In this document: positions 63,718-64,000 of the stretch, piece by piece
Layout of the letters: each line of letters starts with the position of its first letter
Numbering within the stretch: the stretch's first letter is position 1
Assembly: GCF_006345805.1 (NCBI RefSeq)
Contig: NC_042999.1
Span: 157,170,001-157,234,000, forward strand
Length of the DNA stretch: 64,000 bases
Source of the DNA: Octopus sinensis
Taxonomy: Eukaryota
Direction of reading: 5' to 3'
The notes under the pieces: generated by a model
What the model was told of the DNA's origin: nothing
What the model saw: the letters and a program-made list of their open reading frames with translations, nothing else
Database searches by the model: none
Made by a program: the position numbers and the translations under genes

Positions 63718-64000
63718 TAGTTTACTCTTTTTACTCTTTTACTTGTTTCAGTCATTTGACTGCGGCCATGCTGGAGCACCGCCTTTAATCGAGCAACTCG
63801 ACCCCGGGACTTATTCCTTTGTAAGCCCAGTACTTATTCTATCGGTCTCTTTTGCCGAACCGCTAAGTAACAGGGACGTAAACACACCAGCATCGGTTGT
63901 CAAGCAATGCTAGGGGGACAAACACAGACACACAAACATACACGCACACACACATATATATATACATATATACGACGGGCTTCTTTCAGTTTCCGTCTAC
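63718..64000 (-). mobile_element. SINE family A (truncated by the window end)
   Basis: Tail and body. Confidence 0.9.

Overview
AT-rich, repeat-dense eukaryotic genomic DNA, very probably octopus (inferred from the tRNA-derived SINE families and the (TA)n/(TACA)n/(GATA)n microsatellite load). Two convergent host genes can be reconstructed from splice signals and phase continuity. Gene A (+) has five in-phase exons (1077-24456, plus a possible last exon at 26413-26468). It encodes the C-terminal half of a divergent Smad-type MH2 domain that lacks the L3-loop KGWG motif and SSXS tail, followed by a roughly 100-aa basic/acidic extension. Gene B (-) has two terminal exons (54286-54405 and 48481-48759) encoding a Pro-rich, multi-tyrosine-motif tail. 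The rest is layered mobile DNA: a TSD-bounded Ty3/gypsy element with nested insertions, a fragmented hAT transposase, Tc1/mariner remnants (one folded back on itself), TTAA and hAT MITEs, Helitron remnants, two R4/Dong-like RLE LINE fragments (one interrupted by a 1.2-kb deleted LTR element), RTE/CR1 fragments and several Penelope-like elements (PLEs). The strongest candidate for something new is a set of long palindromes and PLE pseudo-LTRs carrying minimal hammerhead-ribozyme-like motifs with non-canonical cores (U3-A8 covariation, CUGUAGA, GCAA). All product assignments come from by-eye motif recognition; no searches were run.
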